Shown: positions 1 to 11,292, counted from the first letter of the stretch. The stretch is DNA of 64,000 bases from Candidatus Bathyarchaeota archaeon (GCA_963714275.1 CAVQNT010000002.1:448001-512000); one strand, 5' to 3'. Numbers and translations: made by a program. Notes: a model not told the origin generated them from the letters alone.

Positions 1-647
1 CTCAGAAGTCACGCCAGAACTAAACAGACCAGTGGTCGTTGGCTGCGCCATGGCAGTAGCTGAACCAGGAAAATACGTAACTTCAGGCGGTTCAAAATCT
101 GGAGACAAACTGATCCTTACAAAAGGAACGGGCATAGAAGGAACAGTCTGTCCTCGCCACAGAAAAATACAGGACGCTCAAAAAACAAATGGACGTCTCT
201 CTCCTAAACTCAGCTAAGGACTTCTACGACCAAATCAGCGTAGTCAAAGAGGCAGTTTTAGCCTACAATTTCGGCGGAGTCACAGCCATGCACGACCCAA
301 CCGAAGGCGGAGTAGCTGGCGGAATCCACGAGATGGCTGACGCAGCTAGTCTAGGTGTAAAAATATTCAAAAACCAAATCTATGTTTCTCCTGAGACCAA
401 AGAGATATGCAGCTTCTTCAAAATTGATCCTCTGCAGCTCATCAGTTCAGGAGCCCTCCTCATCTCAGCAGACCCGAAATCCGCGGAAGGAATAATCCGA
501 AAGCTAGCAAACAACGGCATCAAAGCCGCAGTAATCGGCGAGTTCACAAAAGACCCGTCGAACCGCGTTCTCGTCCACGACGACGGAAACACAGAAAACC
601 TCGTGAGACCAATAAGCGACCACCTCTGGTCAGCCCTGGAAAACTAA
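1..647 (+). CDS. AIR synthase-related (HypE/ThiL-like) protein, 5'-partial, frameshifted near 150-190
   Basis: GDKLILTKGTGIEGT and AMHDPTEGGVAGG...DPLQLISSGALL are AIRS C-terminal motifs, split over ORFs 32..217 and 189..647. Confidence 0.8.
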
Positions 648-714
648 GTTTTTTCGGTTCAAAACGTTACGATAGGTTTCTCAGCAAGCCCAACACTCGT
701 TCATTGAAGGCTGT

Positions 715-1425
715 ATGCGATACTGCATAAAATGTGGAATGCGGCTGCCTGAGGATGCGATAGCCCAATTCTGCCCAAACTGCGGGGCTACTTTAGCTGT
801 GCAGCTGCCATACGAGAGACCCCGCGGACCAGTCATGGAACTCCGCAGAGGGTCGAAGATTGCCACATTTAAGACCCGCATCCTAGTGTTGCTGATGGCA
901 TTTGTTCTCTGTTTAGCCATAACCGCGTCGGGAGCCATGTCCAACATTGGGGCTTCGGAGGCTCAAGACATAGTGGGACAGTTCGACAAGATAGACGAAC
1001 TGCTGAGCGCCGTCGGACTCCAGTTCATCTACGGAAACAACCTAATGTACTGCGTAATGATGTTCGCGCCAGTCCTGGGACCGTATTACGGCTCCATCGT
1101 TCTTTACTCAACAGGAAGGGTCCTTGCCGCTTTAGGCGTTACTACTGGGGTTGATCCTTTAGGACTGTTCATAACATTGTTCATTTACCCGCACGCTTGG
1201 CTGGAGTACCTGTCGTACAGCTTAGCCATTTCCGAAAGCTTCTGGCTCATCTACGCCACCGCCAAATTCAGAGGCAGGGGACTTCGGAACGAGCTGTCTA
1301 CGGCAGCCAAAATCATGGCAATCTGTACCGTGCTGCTGCTGTTAGCGGCGTTCGCTGAAATGTACGTAATAACCCTTGTGTCCACGCGAGTTGGTTACTT
1401 CATTTCTTCCCTGAAGATTTCGTGA
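715..1425 (+). CDS. Zinc-ribbon + SpoIIM-family membrane protein
   Basis: N-terminal CxxC...CPNC ribbon; IYGNN, PHAWLEY and LAAFAE motifs of stage II sporulation protein M; multiple TM helices. Confidence 0.75.
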   Translation: MRYCIKCGMRLPEDAIAQFCPNCGATLAVQLPYERPRGPVMELRRGSKIATFKTRILVLLMAFVLCLAITASGAMSNIGASEAQDIVGQFDKIDELLSAVGLQFIYGNNLMYCVMMFAPVLGPYYGSIVLYSTGRVLAALGVTTGVDPLGLFITLFIYPHAWLEYLSYSLAISESFWLIYATAKFRGRGLRNELSTAAKIMAICTVLLLLAAFAEMYVITLVSTRVGYFISSLKIS

Positions 1426-1866
1426 AGCTCCCTCTTTTCGCATTCCAAGTTTCTCTGAAAGTTCTCTCACCCACCTCGTGTAGAACCGAAAAGCGGTGCA
1501 TAATATGTTAATCTTTTCTTGATCAGACAATTTTTCTTCTTCGACTAATAATAGCGCAAACCATCTTCCGAGGTCAGTTAAGGTGTAGTATTTTACCCAA
1601 ACCGTCCTTCCCGATGCCTCGTTTTTCTCCATGTGGTCATCCAGTATTCTAAGGTCCGTCAACGATTTCAGATGCTCTATGACGGTTTTGTTGGAGTAAC
1701 CAAGCGTCGCAATCAACTCTTTCTGAAATATTTTTTCAGAAACGCCCTGCCTCAACGCAAACTTCAGAACGTCAACAGGAACATCGGACTCGAAAATTGC
1801 CCCAAAAACCTTCTCCTTCTTTCCTTTTGGAAGAAAAATCACGTAAGGATAAAGCCGTTCACCCAT
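1395..1866 (-). CDS. Winged-helix DNA-binding protein (3' end probably frameshifted)
   Basis: QKELIATLGYSNKTVIEHLKSL HTH and YYTLTDLG wing; an alternative frame ends ...EIFREEMK* at 1395. Confidence 0.7.
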
Positions 1867-1978
1867 GATGTTCTGCCACCTTAGCTAAGTTAATTGTGGT
1901 GACGGAATTATCGTTTATGGTCGGCGAGAACAGTTCTGTAACAGTAAAGACTTTTTTAACGTTGTGTAATAGATTACA

Positions 1979-3166
1979 TTGGATTTCAAAGTGCTACACT
2001 CGGTTCATCTAACAACCAGAAAAATAGCGTTGATCGCCATTTTCTCCGCTCTTTACTACGTCATGTCCTTCATGCCAGGAATCAAAATTGCCACAGGAGC
2101 AGTGAACACCTCCATCCAAATAGAAGCCTTCATGGCATCCGTCTTCGGACTGATCTTGGGACCATACATAGGCGCAATAACAGCCTTCATGGGAGCACTA
2201 TTAGCTTGGCTGCTGCCCCCAGGAATCCCAAGCCTGACAAGCGCAATTTTCCTGCCATCTCCCATAATAAACGCCTTCACGGTTGGCTTAATCTACAGAG
2301 GAAAATGGAAACCAGCATTTGTGACGCTTGCTGCCGTAATCTTGGCTTTTTGGATTCTTCCAGCAACTCAGCCGTGGACCGAATATTCTTATGTCGGATT
2401 TTTCGTCATGTGGGACAAAATCGGCGCATTGCTCCTAATTCCTCCCTCAGCCATACTTCTAAAAAAGGCAACAAAAAATAAAACAAATATTGAACCAATC
2501 TCCAATTTGCAAGCAAAGAAACAAACAATTAACGTTTCTTTCGTCCTCATTGTTGCTTCAGCAGTCTCTATTCTGGTCAACGCTTGGACAGTTGCGACAA
2601 GCGGAAATCCGAAGTACCAGTTCGACATTCTGGGGATGACGTTTAAAATGAGTTTGGTTTCTAAGGAAATGCTGCCCATAGTTTCATCCATCGGCTACGG
2701 ATGGCTTTCGTTAGGCATCGGCATACTAGTCTGCAGCATCCTTCTCCGGGTGAGACCGAAAGAACGGAAAGTTTGGAGTACCATAATATTCTTGTTGTCG
2801 TGCATAAGCACAGTCATCGGCGGAGGCTACGTTGTCGGGCTGTTTCTCGGTATCTTAGGCAGCATGTTTGAAAACTTAACAAAAAAGCTGTCCCTTTCTA
2901 AGCGAGCCTTCTTCGGAGACATGATGTTATTTTTCATATTGGCGTATGTCGGCAACGAGGCTGATGGCGCCTTAGGCAGCTTAATATTTGGGCTTCCGCC
3001 AGTTTACGAAGGACTTTTCCTAATGAACATAGATGCTCTCCGCCTATCCTTCATCGTTGCGCCTTTGTTCTATTTTGCGGTAAGATTACTCCAAGCAGTG
3101 ATCACGGCTCTAATAGCAACACCGTTACTTAGGAACCTCAAATCATCAGGATTCAACATAAGATGA
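1979..3166 (+). CDS. ECF transporter S component with an internal extra membrane domain
   Basis: TRKIALIAIFSALY and FGLILGPYIGA S-component motifs; C-terminal RLLQAVITALIATPLL. Confidence 0.7.
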   Translation: MDFKVLHSVHLTTRKIALIAIFSALYYVMSFMPGIKIATGAVNTSIQIEAFMASVFGLILGPYIGAITAFMGALLAWLLPPGIPSLTSAIFLPSPIINAFTVGLIYRGKWKPAFVTLAAVILAFWILPATQPWTEYSYVGFFVMWDKIGALLLIPPSAILLKKATKNKTNIEPISNLQAKKQTINVSFVLIVASAVSILVNAWTVATSGNPKYQFDILGMTFKMSLVSKEMLPIVSSIGYGWLSLGIGILVCSILLRVRPKERKVWSTIIFLLSCISTVIGGGYVVGLFLGILGSMFENLTKKLSLSKRAFFGDMMLFFILAYVGNEADGALGSLIFGLPPVYEGLFLMNIDALRLSFIVAPLFYFAVRLLQAVITALIATPLLRNLKSSGFNIR

Positions 3167-4056
3167 CAGTAAAATCTTATATAAAAAAAACCGTTTTATG
3201 CAAAACATGGACATTTCAAACATTGCGAAAAGATTGTTCATCGTTTCTTTGGGATAAATTTTTTTGACTGATTATCTTGTTGTTTTTTTGCGAATTCCTC
3301 GACTCCAGTTTCACTATATCAAGCGAGGTCTCTTTGTTGCTGAAGGTTATGACCAGCAGTTTTCCCTCGTTTCGCGCAACCACCCATCCCCTTCGCCTTC
3401 GATAACTAACGTTTTTACAGGTTGATTTTGCCATGCTTGCTTGCTTAGCTAGCTGAGCTAACTGAATAGAAGTTTACATTTTCACTTTCAACCTGTTTTT
3501 TTGAACACTTTGTATAATCGCAGTGTCATATTCATAGCAAGTGAGCTTCATTCTCTATTCGAGTTGAAATTGAAAATTAGCTTGACCCAACCAAAAGTCA
3601 TGTGCCTAATAGTCATATGCAGTGCAGGAATCTCCGACGAAGGCAAAAAGGAACTGGAACAAACCATTGTGTCACTAAAAAATGGAAAACGGGGAAATCA
3701 GCCGTGTGACGTTGATGGAAGACCAGAGAGACAAGCACTGAAACAAGCCTATGACTTTGTGAAGTCACCGTAATAGTCTGTTCTTTCGGGTAGTGAAAAA
3801 ATGGACAACATTGGCATCGTTAACCTAAACGAACTTGAGTGGGCGAAGCCATGGGACTGCTGGAGATACTGCTCAGCGACGGATGGGAAATAATAGTCAT
3901 CAAAGCCTTGCCAGACGGAGTTTGGGCTCTCGTCCAAGAACGCATACTCGAATTGATAGATGAGAAAATTAACTAGAAAAATTCTTTTTGACCCCCATTA
4001 TCTCAGAGTTCGGGAAATTGGGAAAGGTTAAAATGCTCTACATTATCATTTAAAAC

Positions 4057-4440
4057 TTGAGCGTTATGGAAAACAAGAAATACCGCAAGTTTCTGGAAAA
4101 GCAGGCTGAAAAGAATCCAGTGAACATAGAAGATTCAACAGGCGGTAGAGGTTTTAAAATTACTTGGGACAACATTCACGAGGAACCTGTTCGGAGCGGT
4201 TCATCCGACATTCTTGATTCTCTTTACCTTGGAAAAAACATGGAAGAAAACGTGACCGTGGAACGCAAGGTCGCTGGATTGATCAGAGACCGTCTTAAAG
4301 GGCTTGAGGAAGAAAACCTTCGACTACGCAAACACATAACTTCATTTAAGATATTGATGTTCGCTCTTGGAATAAGTTTTCTATTCGTTTTAGCCATCCT
4401 CATCAGCCTTCTCTTCCCCCAGTTCAGAATAATGTTGTAG
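4057..4440 (+). CDS. Hypothetical protein with coiled coil and C-terminal TM anchor
   Basis: LKGLEEENLRL coil, hydrophobic C-terminus; 10 bp upstream of the MoxR gene. Confidence 0.6.
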   Translation: MSVMENKKYRKFLEKQAEKNPVNIEDSTGGRGFKITWDNIHEEPVRSGSSDILDSLYLGKNMEENVTVERKVAGLIRDRLKGLEEENLRLRKHITSFKILMFALGISFLFVLAILISLLFPQFRIML

Positions 4441-4450
4441 GTGACAAAAT

Positions 4451-5680
4451 TTGAGCCTCCAAAACACGATTAAACAGCTCGAAAAAGAGATTAATTTAAG
4501 GTTCGTAGGCAATGAAGAAGCAATCCGAATGATGATTCTGAACCAGATTCATCCCCGTTCAACAACCCTCATCCGCGCAGGCAGAGGAGTCGGAAAATCC
4601 ACCCTAATGCTTCTATTGCTTAAAGGCATGTGCGGAGATGACCTAGTCGTTGTCTCGGGAGCTTCAGAAGTTAAAAGAGGCGAAGTTGTGGGACGGCTGC
4701 ACATCCCTTCACTTGAAAAAGAAGGGGTCGAAAAGGTCCTCTGGGCAGCCTTCACACAAAGTAGGGGAAAAGCCTTAGACGAGGTTAACAGACTTAATCC
4801 TTACACAACAGCCAACATCCATCACCTGATGCAGTTCGGCGAGGTCTGGGCTTACGGAAAAAGGGCAAAGGTTGCGGACTACGCCTTAGTGGCAAACGAG
4901 AATCCCATGGATGCCACTTCGTTTATTCATCCGCCGCCTTTTTACGATCGGTTCGACATATGCCTTTTCCTCCGGTCATTAACCCTGAGCGAAAAATTTC
5001 AGCTTCAGGAGCTTCTGGAAAAATATGATTGGGACCTCATCAATTCGATGCCTCAAGTTTTTTCATTCAACGAACTCGAGGCGGTCAGAAAAGAAGTCAC
5101 CGCCGTGGAGCTCGACCCAAGTCTGATTGGCTACATCAACCTTCTGGTCAGAGATTTTCAAGCGTGCGTTCGCGACAAGGAGGAGTCTGAAATTAAGCCG
5201 CCCGCTCTTTGCGAAGGCTGTCACTTCATCCGCGACATATGCGGCACGATTAAGGAGCCACTTAGCGAACGGGCTACGGTAGCTTTAACCCACCTCATCA
5301 AGGCTACCCAATGGCTGAACGGAAAATGTGAGCTTGAGGACGTACTTCGCATGGCTTTGCTGGTGTTTCCTCACAGGTTGACCCTTGTACGAACTAGAAA
5401 CATCCTCAACGACATGGTTGAGATTCTTGAAAGGGAAAGAATCAAGATGGCTGACAGGAACGCGAGGAAACAGTGGCCACTTTTAAACGAATTGTTGAAG
5501 GACTTTAACCGTTCGGTCTATGGGCTGGCAAGAGAAGCCGCCATAGAGGATGTTGCGTTTTCTGAGGAGCTGATTCGCCTTGAAGACCAGTGGGTCAACG
5601 AGGGGCGATTGAAACGGGATGATACACTTTCTACGCAGATGGGTTGGAGACGTCCATCTTACCAAGGTGTCCCGTTCTAA
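4451..5680 (+). CDS. MoxR-family AAA+ ATPase
   Basis: Walker A GRGVGKST, Walker B LDEVNR, ANENP sensor, FYDRF Arg finger. Confidence 0.85.
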   Translation: MSLQNTIKQLEKEINLRFVGNEEAIRMMILNQIHPRSTTLIRAGRGVGKSTLMLLLLKGMCGDDLVVVSGASEVKRGEVVGRLHIPSLEKEGVEKVLWAAFTQSRGKALDEVNRLNPYTTANIHHLMQFGEVWAYGKRAKVADYALVANENPMDATSFIHPPPFYDRFDICLFLRSLTLSEKFQLQELLEKYDWDLINSMPQVFSFNELEAVRKEVTAVELDPSLIGYINLLVRDFQACVRDKEESEIKPPALCEGCHFIRDICGTIKEPLSERATVALTHLIKATQWLNGKCELEDVLRMALLVFPHRLTLVRTRNILNDMVEILERERIKMADRNARKQWPLLNELLKDFNRSVYGLAREAAIEDVAFSEELIRLEDQWVNEGRLKRDDTLSTQMGWRRPSYQGVPF

Positions 5681-7460
5681 ATGAAGGAAAAAGAAATCGA
5701 CATAATGAGCCTGTTCAACCAGGCGTGGATCGAGATGTATTGCCCACCTGTGAGGCTCACGCTTAAAGAAAAGAACGAAAAAGAAACGAAGTTCTCTGCG
5801 GTGAACGGAGCGGTTTACCTTAAACCCGACATTGTTCCGCAAGGAGCTGATCCCAACGAGTATTTGCTTTGGTTTTTCCGCCATGAGCTGTCACACGTTC
5901 ATCATTGCCCGTACGACATTAAGACGGCTTACAGTCTAGAACAAGCAGCCTACGAGATTATTCAGGATTGGGACCTTTCCTATTTAGCCACTCACATTTT
6001 CTCGAATGTGCAAGTCGACATCAACTATTTGCCCAGAAGATTCGGAGAACTTCCCTATTTCGCTCGTGTAATCGGCAAAAGACAACAATCCCTCGTTGAA
6101 CTGATCATGGATGAAATTTACATTTGGGTAAACCCCACAGTTAAATCAGAAAACAGGGAAATCGCAGAAGTCGCAAAGGAAATCTTAATCATCAGACTCG
6201 CTTGAAAGAACATGGCATGCTAAGGTTCAGATGATTGCCCACATTCTTGGTAGGTTAATGGCGAGAAACTCGAAACTTTTCTCCGGAAAAAACGTAAAGA
6301 AGTTTGTTGAGGGAAACCCGCTTCTTGTGCGTGAAGACTTTCTTCACTCCTCGATAGACAGGTTCACGGAAACTTACGGGTCAATTTCAGACGAGGCAGC
6401 AGCAAAATCGTTCTATAAACAATGGATGAAGCCGCGTCTTTCAGATGAAGAAATAAATAAAGTCAAGGAGTTAATCGAGGAGAAACTGAAAACACATGTC
6501 AGTAAAGAAGGAAAGGAAGACAAGAAAAAGGAAGAAGCCTTTGTAGACAAACATCATTATGGAGAGACCATTCAACGCGAAGTTCCGATCTCCGACAAGA
6601 ATCCCTCAATCGACACGTTCGGAAGCGAACCCCGCCTGTCAACTTCAATTTCAAGACCCTATACGAAAATAAAATCCGAAATCCTAGACCAAATGCTGTG
6701 GAAAAGATTCTGGTACAAGTCAAGAGCCCAACAAACATTAATCCAGTACCTGTCAGCAAGCCGAAGCCGCCGTCCCGTGTGGGCGGTTATGAGATACCCT
6801 GACGAATGGTACATCGAAGACGAAATCGAGGACCTAGACATCGAAACCAGCATGGACGAAGGACCCCTCATACCGGAAGTTACAACCCTTAAATGGGTCG
6901 AAGAACCAACCCCCCACGGCCAGTCTCTAGCTAGCGGATATGTCCCATCAGCAGTCGTGGTTCTCGACGTTAGTCTCAGCATGACCAACGTTCGAAACGA
7001 GGCAGCGGTTTCCGCTTTCATTGCCTATTTAAGTGCCCGCAAGGCTGGGGGCCAAACAGCCACCGTCGCCTTTTCAACAGGATACGTGTCTGCAGACTGG
7101 GATACGTCTGAAGAAATGAAGGAACTTTCGCTTGCGATGGAGTTCGGCGAGTTCACCGTTTTTCCGACTCCTGAAGTTTCAAAGATTGTCTCAGCCAATA
7201 TGGGACCATGCTTTATTGTCATCATCACCGACGGCGGGTGGCAGAACGTTGAGGAAGCGGTCCCTGCGCTTGAACGAATAGCTGACTCAGGCCACAAAAT
7301 AGTTATTTTCCTCCTTAAAGGCAGAGAATACCCTGACAGGATCGAACTCATTAAACACACTCCAGACTTGAGACTTTTCACTCTTAAGGACCCGGAAGTC
7401 GACTTGCAGGGGTTGATCCTTTCCGAAAGCATGAAGACTTACAAATCTTTTCTGACGTAA
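5681..7460 (+). CDS. HEXXH metallopeptidase-like + vWA domain protein (one gene, frameshift near 6195)
   Basis: HELSH in ORF 5681..6205; MIDAS DVSLS...ITDG in ORF 6231..7460; abuts the MoxR stop. Confidence 0.7.
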
Positions 7461-7540
7461 ATGCTTGTTTTCTCTTTCTGTCCAGATAACTTGCTAATTC
7501 TTTCTTTATTCGGTGTCAGCATGAATCGCTTCTTTATTTC

Positions 7541-9757
7541 CTAATCTTGTTCCAAGAACTCAATTGGTCTCGGCGGTGTTGGGCTTAATCCTCTTCGAGT
7601 TCGGATTTGACTTATTATTTCCATCTGCATGGAGTCTGGAACAGGCGCCCATCGGCTGAACTGTGTTGCCCAGAAAGCTCTGCCTTGGGTTGAGGATCGT
7701 AGTTCATCCGATATTCCGAAGGATTCGGCTACTGGAATTTCGGCTTTGATGATCATCATGTCTTCTTCGTGAATCATGTCTAGGAGCTTGCCACGCCGTT
7801 TCTGAACTATTGTTATGACTGGACTTACGAAATCATTCGGAACCTTGCATTCAAAGCTCAAAATTGGTTCCAGAAGCCGCGGATTGCACATAAGGAAACA
7901 TCCCCATATTGGACGCCAAGTCATGGGCAATATCTGTGCAGGACCTCTATGAACTGGGTCTTCGTGAACAGAAATATCCTCCAAGTTCACTTTTAAACCG
8001 AAAGCTGGCTCCTTTGCTAAGACCGATTCATGAACAGCTTCTCGGAAGCCCGACTTTACGTGGTCAAGGACTTCCTCGACGTACTGTTTTCCCTTTATCC
8101 TGTTAACAAGGACATTTATGCCCTCTATTGAGATGACGTTGCGAGCGTCGTCTGTTACCCAGCCAAAGGCTCGAAGCATTGTCTGTCTTTCGTCACGTTT
8201 TTGCATCTCTGAAATTTTGCCTTCTCTTAACGCTTCGGTGACCTTGTCTGAAAGCTTCTCAACAGTTATCCACAGCTTGTTATGTTTGTTTGGGCTTTTG
8301 CCCATCACTGAGGAACCATTGTAATTTTGGCTGATTGTTTCACGGTAAATGACAATGGGCTTACTTAGTCGAGCCTTCAATCCCGCTTCCTGCATACGGT
8401 AAGCCGTAATCTCAAGATGCAGCTCACCCATGCCACTTAGCAGGTATTCTCCGCTTTCCTTGTTTATCACGAAGTGCAGGTTTGGGTCTTCAAGCGTTAG
8501 CTTATGCATAACCTTGTCGAAAAGCGGCAGGTCCGTAACGTCCTCAGGTTCCACAGCGACAGTGACAACTGGGTCAGAAACATACTTTAACGCCTCAAAA
8601 GGTTGCGTTTCAAAGCCTTCTTCTGCGACTGTTTCTCCAACATGGATTGACGGTAATCCAGAAATAGCTGCAATGTTCCCAGCTGGAATCTTGTCCACGA
8701 TGACTCGGTCAGTAGCCATGGTCATGTAGACCTGCTGAATTGTGCCTGACTGTCGACTTGAAATTAGTCGAACAGTCTTCCCTTTTTCGACTGAACCGCT
8801 GAAAATTCGCCCGATGGCAACTACTCCGCTGTGGGGATCAACCTCAATCGTGGTTATGCACATAAGAAGCGGACCATTAGGGTCAACCTTTGCCATAGCT
8901 GCAGCTACTGGACTTTTCAAATCACCCGGCCAAATCTGGCTCTGCCTGAATGGCTGCGCCTCCAGCGGATTGGGCAGGTGCTCGCAGAACATGTCCAATA
9001 CTGGTTCCCACAATGGCACTTTCTTGCTTAAGGCGTCAACCTTCTTTCCTACGTCCTCGGGTTCTCCGGAGTATGCGTCTATGACTTCCTTGAAGGTCAG
9101 ACCCTTCGCCTTCATGTAGGGTAAATTGAACCCCCATTTGTGAAGGGCTGATCCGAAAGCGACCCGTCCGTCTTCAATCTTGACCTGCCAGTCTTTCTTG
9201 TGTTCTGGCGGTGCATACCTTTCGATCAGGGTGTTTACTCTGACAATGATTTTTGCGAACCTGTTCTGCATGTCTTCGGGTGTTAGCTTGATTTCTTTTA
9301 TGAGCCTGTCAACCTTGTTTACGAACAGTAGCGGCTTAACCCTTTCTCGTAACGCCTGCATCAAAACAGTTTCAGTCTGAGTCATGGGACCCTCAACGGC
9401 GTCGACAACAACAAGCGCACCGTCCGCAGCTCGAAGGCTTCTCGTGACTGCCCCGCTGAAGTCTATGTGTCCGGGGGTGTCGATCAAGTTAATGAGGTAA
9501 TCCTCGTTCTTGAAGTTGTGGGTTAAGCTGATGTTCGAAGCGAAAACCGTCATCTGTCTTTTTTGTTCAAGCTCCCAAGAGTCGAGGAACAGCTTTTGCC
9601 CAGCACTCTGTTCGCTTATTATGCCCGCTGCTGCCAGGAGGCTGTCTGAAAGCGTGGTTTTACCATGGTCCACGTGAGCGATAATGCTGGTGTTCCTTAT
9701 CCTGAGTGGCTTGCTCATCAGTTTAACGATGTCTTCGATCTGCTTGTAACGTCCCAT
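7541..9757 (-). CDS. Elongation factor 2 family GTPase (probable aEF-2 paralogue)
   Basis: AHVDHGKT, DTPGH, NKVD, domain IV HEDPVHRGPAQ; G2 reads RQMT; not beside rps7/rps12. Confidence 0.9.
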   Translation of the reverse strand: MGRYKQIEDIVKLMSKPLRIRNTSIIAHVDHGKTTLSDSLLAAAGIISEQSAGQKLFLDSWELEQKRQMTVFASNISLTHNFKNEDYLINLIDTPGHIDFSGAVTRSLRAADGALVVVDAVEGPMTQTETVLMQALRERVKPLLFVNKVDRLIKEIKLTPEDMQNRFAKIIVRVNTLIERYAPPEHKKDWQVKIEDGRVAFGSALHKWGFNLPYMKAKGLTFKEVIDAYSGEPEDVGKKVDALSKKVPLWEPVLDMFCEHLPNPLEAQPFRQSQIWPGDLKSPVAAAMAKVDPNGPLLMCITTIEVDPHSGVVAIGRIFSGSVEKGKTVRLISSRQSGTIQQVYMTMATDRVIVDKIPAGNIAAISGLPSIHVGETVAEEGFETQPFEALKYVSDPVVTVAVEPEDVTDLPLFDKVMHKLTLEDPNLHFVINKESGEYLLSGMGELHLEITAYRMQEAGLKARLSKPIVIYRETISQNYNGSSVMGKSPNKHNKLWITVEKLSDKVTEALREGKISEMQKRDERQTMLRAFGWVTDDARNVISIEGINVLVNRIKGKQYVEEVLDHVKSGFREAVHESVLAKEPAFGLKVNLEDISVHEDPVHRGPAQILPMTWRPIWGCFLMCNPRLLEPILSFECKVPNDFVSPVITIVQKRRGKLLDMIHEEDMMIIKAEIPVAESFGISDELRSSTQGRAFWATQFSRWAPVPDSMQMEIISQIRTRRGLSPTPPRPIEFLEQD

Positions 9758-9870
9758 AACTTATTTCACCATTATGATCGAGTAAATTGTTTGTTTTTAA
9801 GTTCCATTTTTTGGTATTATTTAATACTTCTACGCCAAGGTAGTAAGTTAACGAACGTGAGAAACCGATC

Positions 9871-10687
9871 CTATTTAACTTTTCGTTCCCGACCGTCAAG
9901 TAAAGGTCTGTAAAGGTCCACCCTTCGGTCAGCCCAAAGGTCGTTTCGCTCTGAGATTTTTTTAGAGTCTGCCTCCTTCGGGTCAACCTCGACAATCCGC
10001 ACCTCTTCACGGTTCTTTGAGTCTTACTGCAAGAGTTTTCATGTCTGGGCTTACTATCTGACTCATTCCCGTAAACCTTACACCATGTTCAGTTCCAACT
10101 CTATTCGCGGTTATGACGAAAACCCTGTTCTGAACAGCAACCCCCAAAAGAGTTCGTTGACAGAAAGGCAAAACAAGGTTTGATGGGTGACAAACAATCT
10201 GGGCGCCTTTCAAAGCTAATATACGTAAAACCTCGGGAAAGAACCAGTCAAAGCAAATCATGACTCCGATCCTCGCTTTAGGCGTGTCATAAACGGAAAT
10301 TGGTCCGTCTCCGCTTGTAAACCAAAGCTTTTCCTTGTCGAAAAGGTGTGGCTTCCTATAGACGGAGATGAACCCATCTGGTCCAGCAAGTATAGATGAA
10401 TTAAAGTATTTGTTTTCCTTTTTTTCGCATAATCCAACAACAACACAAAGGTTGCGTTCCCCAGCAAATGAAACAAGGGCTTGCGTAGTTTCCCCCTCAG
10501 GAACCTCCTCAGACAAAGCCCGCACTTCCGCTTGGGACGTAAACACGTAACCAGTGTTACACAGTTCAGGGAGGACAAGTAAGTCTGCATTTTTGTCTGC
10601 TCCTTCGTTCAAAAATCCAAGAATTCTCTTAAGGTTCTTTTGTTTCTTGCCAAATAATGGTCTGAATTGAACGTATCCTATTTTCAT
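9871..10687 (-). CDS. Carbon-nitrogen hydrolase (nitrilase family), frameshift near 10020
   Basis: VLPEL, YRKPHL, MICFDW catalytic triad; C-terminus continues ...DRRVDLY in another frame. Confidence 0.85.
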
Positions 10688-10791
10688 GTGCGGTCATCCT
10701 GCATGAATTATTTTCCCGAAATTTGCATTTTTCGGTCACGGACTTTCACAATCTCCAGAAAGGTTGAAATAACTCGGTCATCTGTATTCAC

Positions 10792-11292
10792 ATGAGTATA
10801 ATGAGCCGAGAAGATTTTCGAGCCAGCCTTGAAAAAAGTAAAAGCTACAGCGACCTTTTCGTTATTGTAAAGAGAGCTGTGAAGAAGGTTCTAGGTCGAA
10901 ACAGGTCTGGTCTACTGCTTTATCTAAGCGACTTGCCTCTCGGCATAGGCGCATTTCATTCAGTCGGCACAAATGGCATAGTCCTGAACAGAAAGATTCT
11001 GGAGGTAGCTTCAAGGTCTGCGAAGACAGATGCTGAGATGAACTCCTTCATTTTCTCGCTTTTGTTGCATGAGTACCTTCATTCTTTAGGCTACTTGGAC
11101 GAGGGCGAAGTCAGAAGACTGGTCTACAACATCAGCTTGGAAGTTTTCGGCAAAGATCATCCAACTGTCACGATGTCTTTAGAGTCGCCTTTAACGAAGG
11201 TTCTGCCACAAGACATGCATGAGAAAGGCGAAAGCCCAATCTTGGAATTGGTCAGAGACTTCGAAAAGCCCGATCAACCATACATTGCCTAA
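10792..11292 (+). CDS. Conserved archaeal protein with HEXXH (zincin-like) motif
   Basis: LLHEYLHSLG motif. Confidence 0.65.
   Translation: MSIMSREDFRASLEKSKSYSDLFVIVKRAVKKVLGRNRSGLLLYLSDLPLGIGAFHSVGTNGIVLNRKILEVASRSAKTDAEMNSFIFSLLLHEYLHSLGYLDEGEVRRLVYNISLEVFGKDHPTVTMSLESPLTKVLPQDMHEKGESPILELVRDFEKPDQPYIA

Noticed and set aside
715-1425. Sporulation function
   Set aside because: SpoIIM-like membrane proteins are widespread in non-sporulating archaea
7909-9380. Numerous short antisense ORFs here and inside gatB, the ABC and glycosylation genes
   Set aside because: They overlap well-supported genes and carry no recognisable motifs
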